Source: an uncultured Erysipelotrichaceae bacterium (lineage in GTDB: Bacteria > Bacillota_I > Bacilli_A > Erysipelotrichales > Erysipelotrichaceae). From it: DNA of 32,000 nucleotides. The number at the start of each line of letters is the position of its first letter. The stretch's first letter is position 1. The stretch is from positions 1,320,001-1,352,000 of the forward strand of contig OW818668.1 in assembly GCA_942493105.1 (NCBI GenBank), in the 5' to 3' direction. The translations under genes were made by a program, and so were the position numbers. This document shows, piece after piece, positions 22,119-30,961 of the stretch. Below the pieces are notes generated by a model that ran no database searches, had not been told where the DNA came from, and saw nothing but the letters and a program-made list of their open reading frames with translations.

Positions 22119-22511
22119 ATGAACGAAACACAAAAAAATCCAGAAAATATTGATGAGTATATTGATCTTTTTCCTAAAGAACATCAAGTTAGAATGCAAG
22201 AAATTAGGAAACTGATTCATATCGTTGCTCCTGAAGCCAATGAACGTATGGCTTATCAAATGCCGACGTTTTATTATTATGGAAACCTTGTTCATTTCGC
22301 ATGCTTTACGCATCATATCGGGTTTTTCCCTGGTTCTTCTGGGGTAGAACATTTTTTACCAGAACTTGAAGGCTTTAAGACTTCTAAAGGTACCATACAG
22401 ATTCCGCATAAGATGGATCTACCACTGGATTTGATTAGACGTATTGTTGAATTCAGACTTCTTGAGAATGCTCAAGAAGGGCAACTCAAAAAGAAAAAGA
22501 AAAATGTTTGA
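22119..22511 (+). CDS. DUF1801 (YdhG-like) domain protein
   Basis: The NIDEYIDLFPKEHQVRMQEIRKLI...MAYQMPTFYYYGNLVHFACFTHHIGFFP pattern is typical of YdhG-like proteins. Confidence 0.75.
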   Translation: MNETQKNPENIDEYIDLFPKEHQVRMQEIRKLIHIVAPEANERMAYQMPTFYYYGNLVHFACFTHHIGFFPGSSGVEHFLPELEGFKTSKGTIQIPHKMDLPLDLIRRIVEFRLLENAQEGQLKKKKKNV

Positions 22512-22872
22512 TCTTAAAGCCAAAATACAATCCATAAAGCATATGATTCCCACCCTATATTTCGCAATGAAACATAAGGATACTCCACTTCTTCCTAAAG
22601 TATTGGCAGCCATTACTGTGGCATATGCCTTATCTCCAATTGACTTGATTCCAGACTTCATTCCACTTATTGGTTTTCTCGATGATGCCTTGATCCTACC
22701 TGGATTGATTGCGTTGATCATTAAGTTGATTCCTAAAAGGATCATGGATGAATGTAAAGAACAAGCACGAATTTTATGGGATGGTAACATTAAAAACAAA
22801 TGGATTTATGCACTACCTGTCATATTTATCTATATGCTTTTGATCATATGGATTGTTTCATTAATTGTTTGA
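22504..22872 (+). CDS. DUF1232 (YkvA-like) small membrane protein
   Basis: Hallmark YALSPIDLIPDFIPLIGFLDD. I chose ATG 22504, which overlaps the upstream stop by 8 nt (ATGTTTGA), over the ORF-track start 22444. Confidence 0.75.
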   Translation: MFDLKAKIQSIKHMIPTLYFAMKHKDTPLLPKVLAAITVAYALSPIDLIPDFIPLIGFLDDALILPGLIALIIKLIPKRIMDECKEQARILWDGNIKNKWIYALPVIFIYMLLIIWIVSLIV

Positions 22873-22932
22873 TGTTGAGTGGATTAATTACTCTATGACA
22901 ATAGCTTTTTTTTAGCCTAGACTGGTTCTGCA

Positions 22933-22961
22933 TTGACACCTCCTATGTGCTCTACTATAGT
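22933..22961 (+). promoter_or_regulatory. serC-serA promoter
   Basis: TTGACA (22933-22938), 17-nt spacer, TATAGT (22956-22961). A leader of about 40 nt runs to SD GAGGA at 22995-22999. Confidence 0.6.
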
Positions 22962-23006
22962 TGAAGTATATTTAATCTAGGCCAAAAGGTCAGCGAGGAA
23001 ACACAC

Positions 23007-24089
23007 ATGGCACGAGTATTTAACTTCTCTGCAGGTCCATCGATCTTGCCCCAACCTGTTCTATTAAAAATTCAAGAAGAATTGCTGGATTATCAAGGTT
23101 CCGGTCAATCTGTTATGGAGATGAGTCATCGATCTGAAGTTTTTATGAGGATTACAAAAGAAGCTGAAGCTGATTTGAGATCACTTTTGAATATTCCGCA
23201 AAACTATAAAGTTCTATTTCTACAAGGTGGAGCTTCTTTACAGTTTTCGATGATACCAATGAATCTCATGCATCAAGCTAAAAAAGCAGATTTCATCATT
23301 TCAGGAGAATGGGCAAGAAAAGCAGCTCAAGAAGCTCAACGTTACGGAAGAATTCATATCGTTGCATCATCTGAAGACAAGAATTTTACAACCATCCCAA
23401 AATTTAAAGCTAAAGATTTTTCGAGTGATGCAGATTATATTTATTATGTGTCTAATAACACCATTTTTGGGACGCGAATCAAAGACTTTCCAGAGCTTTC
23501 AAATAAGGTATTGGTTTGTGATATGAGTTCTGATTTATTGTCTCGTCCAATTGATGTTTCAAAATATGGACTTATCTTTGCGGGAGCACAAAAGAATATG
23601 GGAATTGCTGGATTGACCATTGTGATCATTCGTGAAGATTTGATTGGTTTAGTAGAAAATCTGCCTCCCATGCTGGATTATAAAGTTCAAGCAGACAATG
23701 CTTCAATGTACAATACCCCACCTTGCTTTAGTATCTATGTGGCCGGACTCTGTTTTAAGTGGATCAAGGATCTGGGTGGTTTAAGCGAAATGGAACGCTT
23801 AAATAACGCAAAGGCAAAGCTCCTTTATGATTATTTGGATGAAAGCTATTTCTTTGCCCCAACGATACATAATCCTAAAGATCGCTCTATCACGAATGTT
23901 TGCTTTTTAACGCCATCAAAAGAAACCGATAAATCATTCATTACTTATGCTGAAATAAAAGGTCTAATCAACTTAAAGGGTCATCGTTCAGTGGGTGGAA
24001 TGCGAGCTTCTTTATACAATGGAATGCCCATTGAAGGAGTCGAAGAATTGGTTAGAGTGATGCGTGAATATGAAGATCTGCAGAGGTAA
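23007..24089 (+). CDS. serC: Phosphoserine aminotransferase
   Basis: MARVFNFSAGPSILPQPVL..., GAQKNMGIAGLTIVI (PLP lysine) and GHRSVGGMRASLYN. Confidence 0.93.
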   Translation: MARVFNFSAGPSILPQPVLLKIQEELLDYQGSGQSVMEMSHRSEVFMRITKEAEADLRSLLNIPQNYKVLFLQGGASLQFSMIPMNLMHQAKKADFIISGEWARKAAQEAQRYGRIHIVASSEDKNFTTIPKFKAKDFSSDADYIYYVSNNTIFGTRIKDFPELSNKVLVCDMSSDLLSRPIDVSKYGLIFAGAQKNMGIAGLTIVIIREDLIGLVENLPPMLDYKVQADNASMYNTPPCFSIYVAGLCFKWIKDLGGLSEMERLNNAKAKLLYDYLDESYFFAPTIHNPKDRSITNVCFLTPSKETDKSFITYAEIKGLINLKGHRSVGGMRASLYNGMPIEGVEELVRVMREYEDLQR

Positions 24090-24092
24090 ACC

Positions 24093-25271
24093 ATGTTTAA
24101 AATAAAAGCACTTAATGAGATTGCTCCAGAAGGACTTATCTTATTATCAAAAGATTATGAAATGACTGAGCTAGAAGCTGCAGATGGCATCTTAGTTAGA
24201 AGTGCCAATCTACTTGAGACAGATTTTGAACCATCACTTAAAGCCATTTCCCGCGCTGGTGTAGGGGTCAACAATATCCCCATAGAAAGATGCTCAAAAG
24301 CCGGTATCGTTGTTTTTAATACACCAGGAGCCAATGCAAATGCAGTCAAAGAAATCGTATTGGCAGCCTTGTTGATGTCATCACGAGAGATTGCGGATTC
24401 CATTGAATGGACCAAATCTTTACTTGATAAAGGTAAAGAGATTCCTAAATGGGTTGAAGCAGGCAAATCAAAATTTGTTGGACCTGAACTTAAAGATAAG
24501 ACCATTGGGGTCATTGGATTGGGGGCAGTTGGGGTTTTGGTTGCCAATGCAGCTCAAAGTTTAGGCATGAATGTATTGGGTTATGATCCTTATATATCAG
24601 TCGATAATGCTTGGGGTTTATCACGCAATATTATACGATCTTTGTCTTATGATGAAATCTTTGCTGCATCTGATTATTTGACTTTGCACATTCCCTATAT
24701 CGAAGATACTAAGAACTTCATCAACGAGATAACCATCTCAAAAATGAAAGATGGGGTACGAATCTGTAATTTTGCCCGAGGTGAATTGGTGGATGATCGA
24801 GCCATGGCTTTAGCCCTTGATCAAGGTAAAGTTGCTAAGTATGTGACAGACTTCCCAAATGAACAGGTTTTACGCATGAAAAATGCGATCGCAATCCCTC
24901 ATTTAGGGGCATCCACTCCTGAATCAGAAGTCAATTGTGCTATGATGGCAGTAAGAGAAATGTCAGACTACTTAGAAAACGGAAACATTAGAAATTCTAT
25001 CAATTATCCAGATTGTGACATGGGTCAATGTCGCTCTGATGCACGTTTAGCCATCCATCATCAAAACATCCCAGGCATGGTTTCTGCCATAACTACGATT
25101 TTAGGTGAGCATCAACGCAACATCGCGATGATGCAAAACATGTCTAGGAAAGAATGGGCTTATACGATGGTTGATGTCGAAGGCGAAATTTCGGAACACA
25201 TTGTAGATAATCTCTCCAAAATCGAAGGTGTTGTTAAAGTGCGTGTGATCAAAGGTCTTGTGACCTCTTAA
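24093..25271 (+). CDS. serA: D-3-phosphoglycerate dehydrogenase (with C-terminal ACT-like domain)
   Basis: NAD-binding [13 protein letters not shown], the 2-hydroxyacid dehydrogenase pattern NFARGELVD...IPHLGAST, and adjacency to serC. Confidence 0.9.
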   Translation: MFKIKALNEIAPEGLILLSKDYEMTELEAADGILVRSANLLETDFEPSLKAISRAGVGVNNIPIERCSKAGIVVFNTPGANANAVKEIVLAALLMSSREIADSIEWTKSLLDKGKEIPKWVEAGKSKFVGPELKDKTIGVIGLGAVGVLVANAAQSLGMNVLGYDPYISVDNAWGLSRNIIRSLSYDEIFAASDYLTLHIPYIEDTKNFINEITISKMKDGVRICNFARGELVDDRAMALALDQGKVAKYVTDFPNEQVLRMKNAIAIPHLGASTPESEVNCAMMAVREMSDYLENGNIRNSINYPDCDMGQCRSDARLAIHHQNIPGMVSAITTILGEHQRNIAMMQNMSRKEWAYTMVDVEGEISEHIVDNLSKIEGVVKVRVIKGLVTS

Positions 25272-25296
25272 AAAATACAGAAAGAAGGGTTTGTAT

Positions 25297-26106
25297 ATGA
25301 CTTATGAATGGTTTCTTGGATTAAATCCTGTCGTTCAAGCATTGATAGGGACTTTGTTTACTTGGGGCGTTACAGCTTTAGGAGCAGCCATGGTTTTCTT
25401 CTTCAAGGAAATCAAACGCACGGTCCTAAATGCCATGTTGGGTTTTGCAGCAGGGGTTATGATCGCTGCATCATTTTGGTCCCTATTGGCACCTGCCATT
25501 GAAATGGCTCAAATGGAAGGCATCCCAGGTTGGCTGCCTGCTGTGGTTGGCTTTTTAAGCGGTGGTGCCTTCTTGTGGGCTGTTGATAAGCTTTTGCCTC
25601 ACTTACACATGTTTAATAAAAAAGCTGAAGGTCCTAAAACATCATGGACAAGATCCATCTTGTTGGTTTTGGCCATTACTTTACACAATATCCCTGAAGG
25701 ATTGGCTGTAGGGGTTGCCTTTGGAGCTGCTGCTTCAGGTTATGCAGGATCAACAGTTTTGGCTGCGATTGCAGTTGCGATCGGGATTGGTATTCAAAAC
25801 TTTCCAGAAGGAGCAGCAGTATCCGTTCCTTTGCGTAGAGAAGGTTTATCGCGATGGAAGGCATTTATGTATGGTCAAGCTTCTGGTGTCGTAGAACCGA
25901 TTGCTGGGGTCTTAGGAGCCATGTTGGTCATTACTATGAAACCGATCTTGCCTTATGCACTTGCCTTTGCAGCTGGTGCTATGATCTATGTCGTCGTTGA
26001 AGAATTGATTCCAGAAGCACAGAACGATGAAAAAACCGATGTGGCAACCATTGGTGTCATGTTGGGATTTGCAATCATGATGTTTCTGGATGTGGCTTTG
26101 GGCTAA
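25297..26106 (+). CDS. ZIP-family divalent metal (zinc) transporter
   Basis: Signature [10 protein letters not shown] and a second QNFPEGAAV; polytopic and Gly/Ala-rich. ATG 25297 lies 7 nt after AGAAGGG, so I preferred it over TTG 25291. Confidence 0.85.
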   Translation: MTYEWFLGLNPVVQALIGTLFTWGVTALGAAMVFFFKEIKRTVLNAMLGFAAGVMIAASFWSLLAPAIEMAQMEGIPGWLPAVVGFLSGGAFLWAVDKLLPHLHMFNKKAEGPKTSWTRSILLVLAITLHNIPEGLAVGVAFGAAASGYAGSTVLAAIAVAIGIGIQNFPEGAAVSVPLRREGLSRWKAFMYGQASGVVEPIAGVLGAMLVITMKPILPYALAFAAGAMIYVVVEELIPEAQNDEKTDVATIGVMLGFAIMMFLDVALG

Positions 26107-26107
26107 T

Positions 26108-26824
26108 TTATTGTGACCAGTCGAGTTTGGCTTTAGCAGCCTGATCAGACTGGTTTTTTCTTGGGATCTTATACAGGACTCCGTCTTTGATCAAATTGGC
26201 TCCTGTTTGATGATAATGAAACGATATGTTTTTTGAGATGGCTTGTTGCCTAAGAGACAAGACCCATTGAAAATCACATGGTCTTGCCTCTGGTCCAGAT
26301 TCACCACCCACTAGAACTTGTTCAATTTTATCACTTAAATAAGAACTTAAATCTATGGCTTCAAGTAAAGGTTCACAACAAATCGAACGATGTTGAATGG
26401 GAAAAGATATAAAGATAGGTAAACGTAGATCGGCTTGTCTTTGATTTTCAACAGTGCATCCGATCACAACGTTAGGATAACCTTCATTCCAGTCTTCAGG
26501 TAAACAATCCTTTAGTCGAGAAATCCGTTTGGTCAGAAAAATAAAAGTCAGATCGCTTCTGATTTTCATCATCCGCCACACTTCATCTCTCCACTTATCT
26601 GCTTCTTCGACCAAGAAATCAGAGCTAAAGCATGTGTATACCAACTCATGCGAAGGAATGATATAGTTTCCTTGACGATTCTTTCTTAAAGGCAATTCAA
26701 AAGATTTATTTTTCTTAACGAATGATGAATCTCGATCGTATTGAGCATCCATACGATATACGTAACAATGCTGACAACCTTCCGAGATTTTATGGCAACC
26801 ATGCCAAGGATTGTATAACACCAT
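26108..26824 (-). CDS. DUF5131 (phage Gp37/Gp68 family) three-Cys-motif protein
   Basis: MVLYNPWHGCHKISEGCQHCY is the N-terminal WNPW.GC...C..C signature of this family. I chose the start at the third Met of the ORF (ATG 26824), because the upstream extension would overlap the divergent gene and lacks any SD. Confidence 0.75.
   Translation of the reverse strand: MVLYNPWHGCHKISEGCQHCYVYRMDAQYDRDSSFVKKNKSFELPLRKNRQGNYIIPSHELVYTCFSSDFLVEEADKWRDEVWRMMKIRSDLTFIFLTKRISRLKDCLPEDWNEGYPNVVIGCTVENQRQADLRLPIFISFPIQHRSICCEPLLEAIDLSSYLSDKIEQVLVGGESGPEARPCDFQWVLSLRQQAISKNISFHYHQTGANLIKDGVLYKIPRKNQSDQAAKAKLDWSQ
26116..26160 (+). terminator. Probable terminator of the serC-serA-ZIP unit, embedded in the 3' end of the convergent gene
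   Basis: ACCAGTC (26116-26122) pairs with GACTGGT (26148-26154) and is followed by TTTTTT. There is an inner GGCT/AGCC stem, and the loop is large and imperfect. Confidence 0.45.
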
Positions 26825-26830
26825 ATCCAT

Positions 26831-26838
26831 ATTATAAT
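26831..26838. promoter_or_regulatory. Palindromic ATTATAAT giving overlapping divergent -10 hexamers
   Basis: Plus-strand TATAAT at 26833-26838 precedes SD GGAG at 26851-26854 of the DUF1801 gene. Minus-strand TATAAT (complement of 26831-26836) lies 6 nt before the DUF5131 ATG 26824. Confidence 0.4.
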
Positions 26839-26859
26839 TGAAAACTAAAAGGAGCACGT

Positions 26860-27300
26860 ATGGAAAACAACATCGATAGCTATATCGCAAAATTTAATGA
26901 ACAAGATCAAGCCGTGATCCAACGTTTACGAAAAGTAATTAAGGATCATTTACCTCAAGGATTTGAGGAACAGCTTAACTATGGAATGATTGGTTATGTG
27001 GTTCCGCATTCGATCTATCCTAAAGGATATCGATGTGATCCTAAATTACCTTTGCCGTTTATGGGCATTGCACGTCAAAAACAAGCCTATAGTTTCTATC
27101 ATATGGGTATTTATGCTGATCCTGCTTTATTGGAATGGTTTATTACGCATTATGAAAAATCCTATGGGAAACTAAATCATGGAAAATCCTGTTTCCGATT
27201 TAGAACTGAAGAAAAGATCCCTTATGAACTGATAGGGACCTTAGTAGAAAAAATAAGTGTTCAAGATTGGATCAAAACCATGGAGCAAGCTAAGGTTTAA
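26860..27300 (+). CDS. DUF1801 (YdhG-like) domain protein, second paralog
   Basis: NIDSYIAKFNEQDQAVIQRLRKVIKDHLP...MIGYVVP pattern. SD GGAG at 26851-26854. Confidence 0.75.
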   Translation: MENNIDSYIAKFNEQDQAVIQRLRKVIKDHLPQGFEEQLNYGMIGYVVPHSIYPKGYRCDPKLPLPFMGIARQKQAYSFYHMGIYADPALLEWFITHYEKSYGKLNHGKSCFRFRTEEKIPYELIGTLVEKISVQDWIKTMEQAKV

Positions 27301-29236
27301 GACTGTCTGAGATGATTTTCCAATAATCATTTTCTAAGAATTTCTGCGAATAATAGAATTTAGCACTGACTTGTTTGATCATTGCTTCCACATAAGTGGG
27401 GTTGGGGACAACCCCTTTATTATAGGTAAATTCTTTTGTTTTGGCGTTGTATCGCCCTGCACTGGTGATGAAACTGCGATCTAAGAAGATGACCAAAGGT
27501 TCTTGGTTACTAAAGATATCCGAGCCCATCATCAATCTGGAGTCAAATTTGATACCCATTAAATTCGAAATCGTAGGTAAGATATCCATACTAGAGACAG
27601 GCTTGGTGATGGTTTCACCTTTCATTTTTGAATTGTATATGATGATTGCACTGCGATACAATTCAAAGGTCTTATCGATCTTTTGGCCATTGTTGAGTTC
27701 CGCAAACATGTCATCTTTTAGGTAGTATGGATAATGATCAGCACTAAGGACAATCAGTGTTTTATCTAATTTCCCAGCTTTTTCAAGTTCAGCCAAGAGA
27801 TATTCTAAAGCACGATCAAGTTCAATTTGGGTTGCGAGATAACCTTGGACATATTCTGAATAAGGCAAATCTTTGACCAAATCTCGATTCTTTGAGGCAA
27901 TCATATTGCCTCTCCAGGTGTAGTTAGGATGACCTGAAACTGTCATATAGTAGATATGAAATTTGTCTTTATTAATAAACATAGGGATGGTTTCTTTCAT
28001 CATGGTCACATCAGATTGTGGCCATGAATGAGTATCGGTCAATCCATTGCCAACTCCCATATAGGTATAGCCTAAATTAGGATGAGATTTATCTCGATTA
28101 TAGTAAGTATATGAGTGATCATGAAAGGCATAGGTCGAATATCCTAGATCCTTAAGCTGATGACCCATAACGAATCCCATATCATTGACAGCTGATTCAG
28201 AAAGGCTCCATACTCCAGATTTAGGGATCAAACTTGTGAATTGTACATATTCGCCATCCGATGTTGAAACACCCCAGATTGGATTATAGAAGTTAGGGAT
28301 ATAAATGCCTTGATGAACCATCTTATATAAGGTTGGGGTAATGTCTTGTCTTACCGAATAATGTGAGAAAGATTCAGCTGTAATCAAAATCAAATTATAA
28401 TCTTTATAGATCCCAGTCTTAATGTTTTGACGGGTTGGTGTCCTGGATTTAAAATACTCATGCATGGCAATCAAGGTTTTATTGGTCGTATTCTTGATGA
28501 GATCATCAAAAGGGATGTCTAACTTATTGTATACAGCGGGTATTCCTGGATCAGGATCATCATCATCGTCATCAATCACATCAGGAACTCTTGTGGCATT
28601 GGCCAAGCCCATATTTTCTCGGACCAAACGTGTTACGTCGACAGTAAACGAGGTCAACACACCCAAAGCTTTCACTGAGGCAATGACTTCAGGATGATAG
28701 ACATAGGCATCATAGGTCACGTCATCTTTATCTCTCAGTGTGATTTGAAGCACTGTAGCACCATATAAGATGGTAAAGATCATCAGACCAATCCCAACTT
28801 TCTTAAATGATAATTTTGATGCGACCAAGTTTTTACGGACAAATATTAGAAGGAAAGCAGGTAAGAAAAAGAAAAACAAGATATGTATGTTCTCTTGAAT
28901 CAGCGTAATGATTTCACGATAATAACTGGCTGCAACTTGATTGGCTCTTAGAAAAGAGTAGGCGATATAAAACGTATCAAAGAAATAATAGTAATATACT
29001 TGTGATCCCCAAATAAAGGTCAATATCAAAACTGTTGTATAAAACACAACTCGTGTATGCTTAAATGACAAAGTAATCAACGTTAGAAGTAAGGCATACC
29101 ATAAATTAAAGACAAACGGCATCAAATCCATCGATTTATTAAGGGTAAAGATCCTAAGCAAAATCTCAAAGTAGGTCAGTAAAGCCAAATAAATCATGTA
29201 GTAAATAAATGGTTTTTTAAGACGGATTTTTTTCAT
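27290..29236 (-). CDS. LTA synthase (LtaS)-family sulfatase-domain membrane protein
   Basis: N-terminal multi-helix membrane domain, acidic linker DDDDDDPDPG, then a sulfatase-type domain with LILITAESFS and SADHYPY motifs. Confidence 0.85.
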   Translation of the reverse strand: MKKIRLKKPFIYYMIYLALLTYFEILLRIFTLNKSMDLMPFVFNLWYALLLTLITLSFKHTRVVFYTTVLILTFIWGSQVYYYYFFDTFYIAYSFLRANQVAASYYREIITLIQENIHILFFFFLPAFLLIFVRKNLVASKLSFKKVGIGLMIFTILYGATVLQITLRDKDDVTYDAYVYHPEVIASVKALGVLTSFTVDVTRLVRENMGLANATRVPDVIDDDDDDPDPGIPAVYNKLDIPFDDLIKNTTNKTLIAMHEYFKSRTPTRQNIKTGIYKDYNLILITAESFSHYSVRQDITPTLYKMVHQGIYIPNFYNPIWGVSTSDGEYVQFTSLIPKSGVWSLSESAVNDMGFVMGHQLKDLGYSTYAFHDHSYTYYNRDKSHPNLGYTYMGVGNGLTDTHSWPQSDVTMMKETIPMFINKDKFHIYYMTVSGHPNYTWRGNMIASKNRDLVKDLPYSEYVQGYLATQIELDRALEYLLAELEKAGKLDKTLIVLSADHYPYYLKDDMFAELNNGQKIDKTFELYRSAIIIYNSKMKGETITKPVSSMDILPTISNLMGIKFDSRLMMGSDIFSNQEPLVIFLDRSFITSAGRYNAKTKEFTYNKGVVPNPTYVEAMIKQVSAKFYYSQKFLENDYWKIISDSLKP

Positions 29237-30170
29237 AAAGGTTCTCTTTGATGAAACTCAATACTTGAGTTTCATAATCTTTTTGATTAAGCGGAAAAGT
29301 CAAGGCATGATGTGCATTCTCATACTGGATCAGCTGTTTTTTACACGTCAAGGCAAGATACAGATCATGACTCATGGGATAAGGTACAAACATGTCTTTA
29401 AGACCATGGATGATGAGCGTAGGACTTTTGATGAGCGCAGCAGTTTGAATCGGCGAAGCTTCTTTAAAGCTAAATCCAAGTTTTATTTTACACCACATAG
29501 AACCTAATGGAATCATAGGAAAAGATGGAAAATGAAAGATTTGCTTAAATTGGCGCTTAAATTGTTGATTAAGATCTGAAAAACCAGAATCCGAAATTAC
29601 GATTTTGACCTCTTCAGGGCAATTATGACCTGCAAGACTTAAAACAGTTGAACCACCCAAAGAAATCCCATGCAAGATCACAGGTAAATCTTTCCCGGTC
29701 TTTTCTTTTATGTTTTGAATCCATTGTCGAGTATCCTCTTTTTCAAGAAATCCAAAACCTAAATAGCGTCCTTCACTTTGACCATGCGCTCGCATATCCA
29801 ACACTAAAACATCGGCATCCATTTTTTCACGATAGAATTTCGCGAAAATCGCCATATTTTTGCCTTGTGATGTATAACCATGATGTAAAATCACCAATGC
29901 TTTGGGTTCGTTTTTACTGGGTAAATAATACGCATGCAGTTTTAGATTATCTCGACTTATCATCCAAAGATCTTGGGGTTTTTGATCAAAAAACCAAGGT
30001 TCAAATGTTTTGAAGATACTATAGTCTACGGTTCTTATGTCTTTGCTTCGTCTAATCCATCTTTTTTTTCTATTACTGAAACCTAAAATAAAGAAAAGAT
30101 AGCTTAAACCAATCAAAATTATTATGAACAAAACAATGATAACTGTGATGGTCAACTGAAGCTCTTGCAT
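29217..30170 (-). CDS. Membrane-anchored alpha/beta hydrolase
   Basis: One N-terminal hydrophobic helix (LTITVIIVLFIIILIGLSYLFFILGF), HHGYTS, nucleophile elbow GISLGG and a late His (ENAHH). Its 3' end overlaps the LtaS-family start by 20 nt. Confidence 0.8.
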   Translation of the reverse strand: MQELQLTITVIIVLFIIILIGLSYLFFILGFSNRKKRWIRRSKDIRTVDYSIFKTFEPWFFDQKPQDLWMISRDNLKLHAYYLPSKNEPKALVILHHGYTSQGKNMAIFAKFYREKMDADVLVLDMRAHGQSEGRYLGFGFLEKEDTRQWIQNIKEKTGKDLPVILHGISLGGSTVLSLAGHNCPEEVKIVISDSGFSDLNQQFKRQFKQIFHFPSFPMIPLGSMWCKIKLGFSFKEASPIQTAALIKSPTLIIHGLKDMFVPYPMSHDLYLALTCKKQLIQYENAHHALTFPLNQKDYETQVLSFIKENLYEKNPS

Positions 30171-30172
30171 AA

Positions 30173-30185
30173 TGATATAATACCA
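30173..30185. promoter_or_regulatory. Overlapping divergent extended -10 elements (hydrolase vs ArsR-fusion gene)
   Basis: Plus-strand TGaTATAAT at 30173-30181. Minus-strand TGgTATTAT (complement of 30177-30185) ends 6 nt before the hydrolase ATG at 30170. Confidence 0.4.
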
Positions 30186-30211
30186 TTATAAAACGATAAA
30201 TGAGGTCAAAA

Positions 30212-30919
30212 ATGATAGATCCATCTTTACTTAAAAGCATACAGAATCAAGTGTTTGGAGAGCCTGAGATATTTAATCAAAGTGAAGCTCAACTGGCTCA
30301 GCAAATCCTTCATCATCATCCCGCAAACACAGCTCAGGATGCCTTTTTATTAATGGCCTGTGCCAACTTTATCAATGCCTATATCAAACAAGTCAAAGAT
30401 CCAAACGATAACTTTTCTTACAGTTTTAAATTCAAGGTTTCTGATTTAGCAGAAGCGTGGTCGATTAAACCCATTGAAGGGGTCAAAGTCATCCGTTATA
30501 AAGATGTGACCTACATCGAAGTCGGTCCTTTACAGTTTAGTTTTCATTATCTTCAAAATGAACCTGCAATAGCACTTTCAAATACTCAAGATCCTTGGGC
30601 AAAACTTAAACTACAACCCTTTGCGCAACGGATCTTACACAGTGCCATTGATCAATTCCCAATCAGCAGTGAGACCTATGCTTTACAGCTCAAAGCCTTA
30701 TCCGATCATACGCGTTTACAGATTTTTCAATTGGCTAAAGAAGGAGAGGTCTGTGCTTGTGATCTGATCAAACAGTTTAATTTGACTCAGCCTACCTTAT
30801 CTTTCCATATGAAACAATTGGTTCAATGTGACTTGATGTTGGCTCGTAAAGAAGGCAAATGGGTCAAATATCGTTTAAATCTTTTCGCAGCCCTTAAATT
30901 GAAACAGCACCTTGGATAA
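30212..30919 (+). CDS. ArsR-family transcriptional regulator with an unusual ~155-aa N-terminal extension
   Basis: The C-terminal LKALSDHTRLQIFQLAKEGEVCACDLIKQFNLTQPTLSFHMKQL is a canonical ArsR wHTH with a CxC pair. The N-terminal domain is not recognised. SD GAGG at 30202-30205, so ATG 30212 is preferred over 30200. Confidence 0.8.
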   Translation: MIDPSLLKSIQNQVFGEPEIFNQSEAQLAQQILHHHPANTAQDAFLLMACANFINAYIKQVKDPNDNFSYSFKFKVSDLAEAWSIKPIEGVKVIRYKDVTYIEVGPLQFSFHYLQNEPAIALSNTQDPWAKLKLQPFAQRILHSAIDQFPISSETYALQLKALSDHTRLQIFQLAKEGEVCACDLIKQFNLTQPTLSFHMKQLVQCDLMLARKEGKWVKYRLNLFAALKLKQHLG

Positions 30920-30929
30920 TCGATAAGAC

Positions 30930-30957
30930 TTGAATTCATATAAAAAAGGTTTATCAT
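30930..30957 (+). promoter_or_regulatory. Candidate promoter of the thioredoxin-like gene
   Basis: TTGAAT (30930-30935), 16-nt spacer, TATCAT (30952-30957). Confidence 0.45.
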
Positions 30958-30961
30958 ATAG

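Noticed and set aside
22487-22511. A-rich tract (CAAAAAGAAAAAGAAAAATG) at the DUF1801/DUF1232 overlap as a possible programmed frameshift fusing the two proteins
   Set aside because: A normal ATG (22504) and stop/start overlap explain the arrangement. The tract simply encodes a Lys-rich tail (KKKKKN). There is no recognisable slippery heptamer plus stimulatory structure.
22873-23006. Possible T-box or riboswitch leader upstream of serC (and similarly upstream of gltX and patB)
   Set aside because: The leaders are only about 40 nt or less after the predicted promoters. That is far too short for a T-box or any known riboswitch, and no specifier or antiterminator motifs are visible.
29217-29246. 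A7 homopolymer at the LtaS-family start (ATGAAAAAAATC) within the overlap with the hydrolase gene, as a phase-variation switch
   Set aside because: Lys-rich N-termini (MKK…) and A-runs of this length are common throughout this AT-rich window. This tract is not longer or more unusual than the others.
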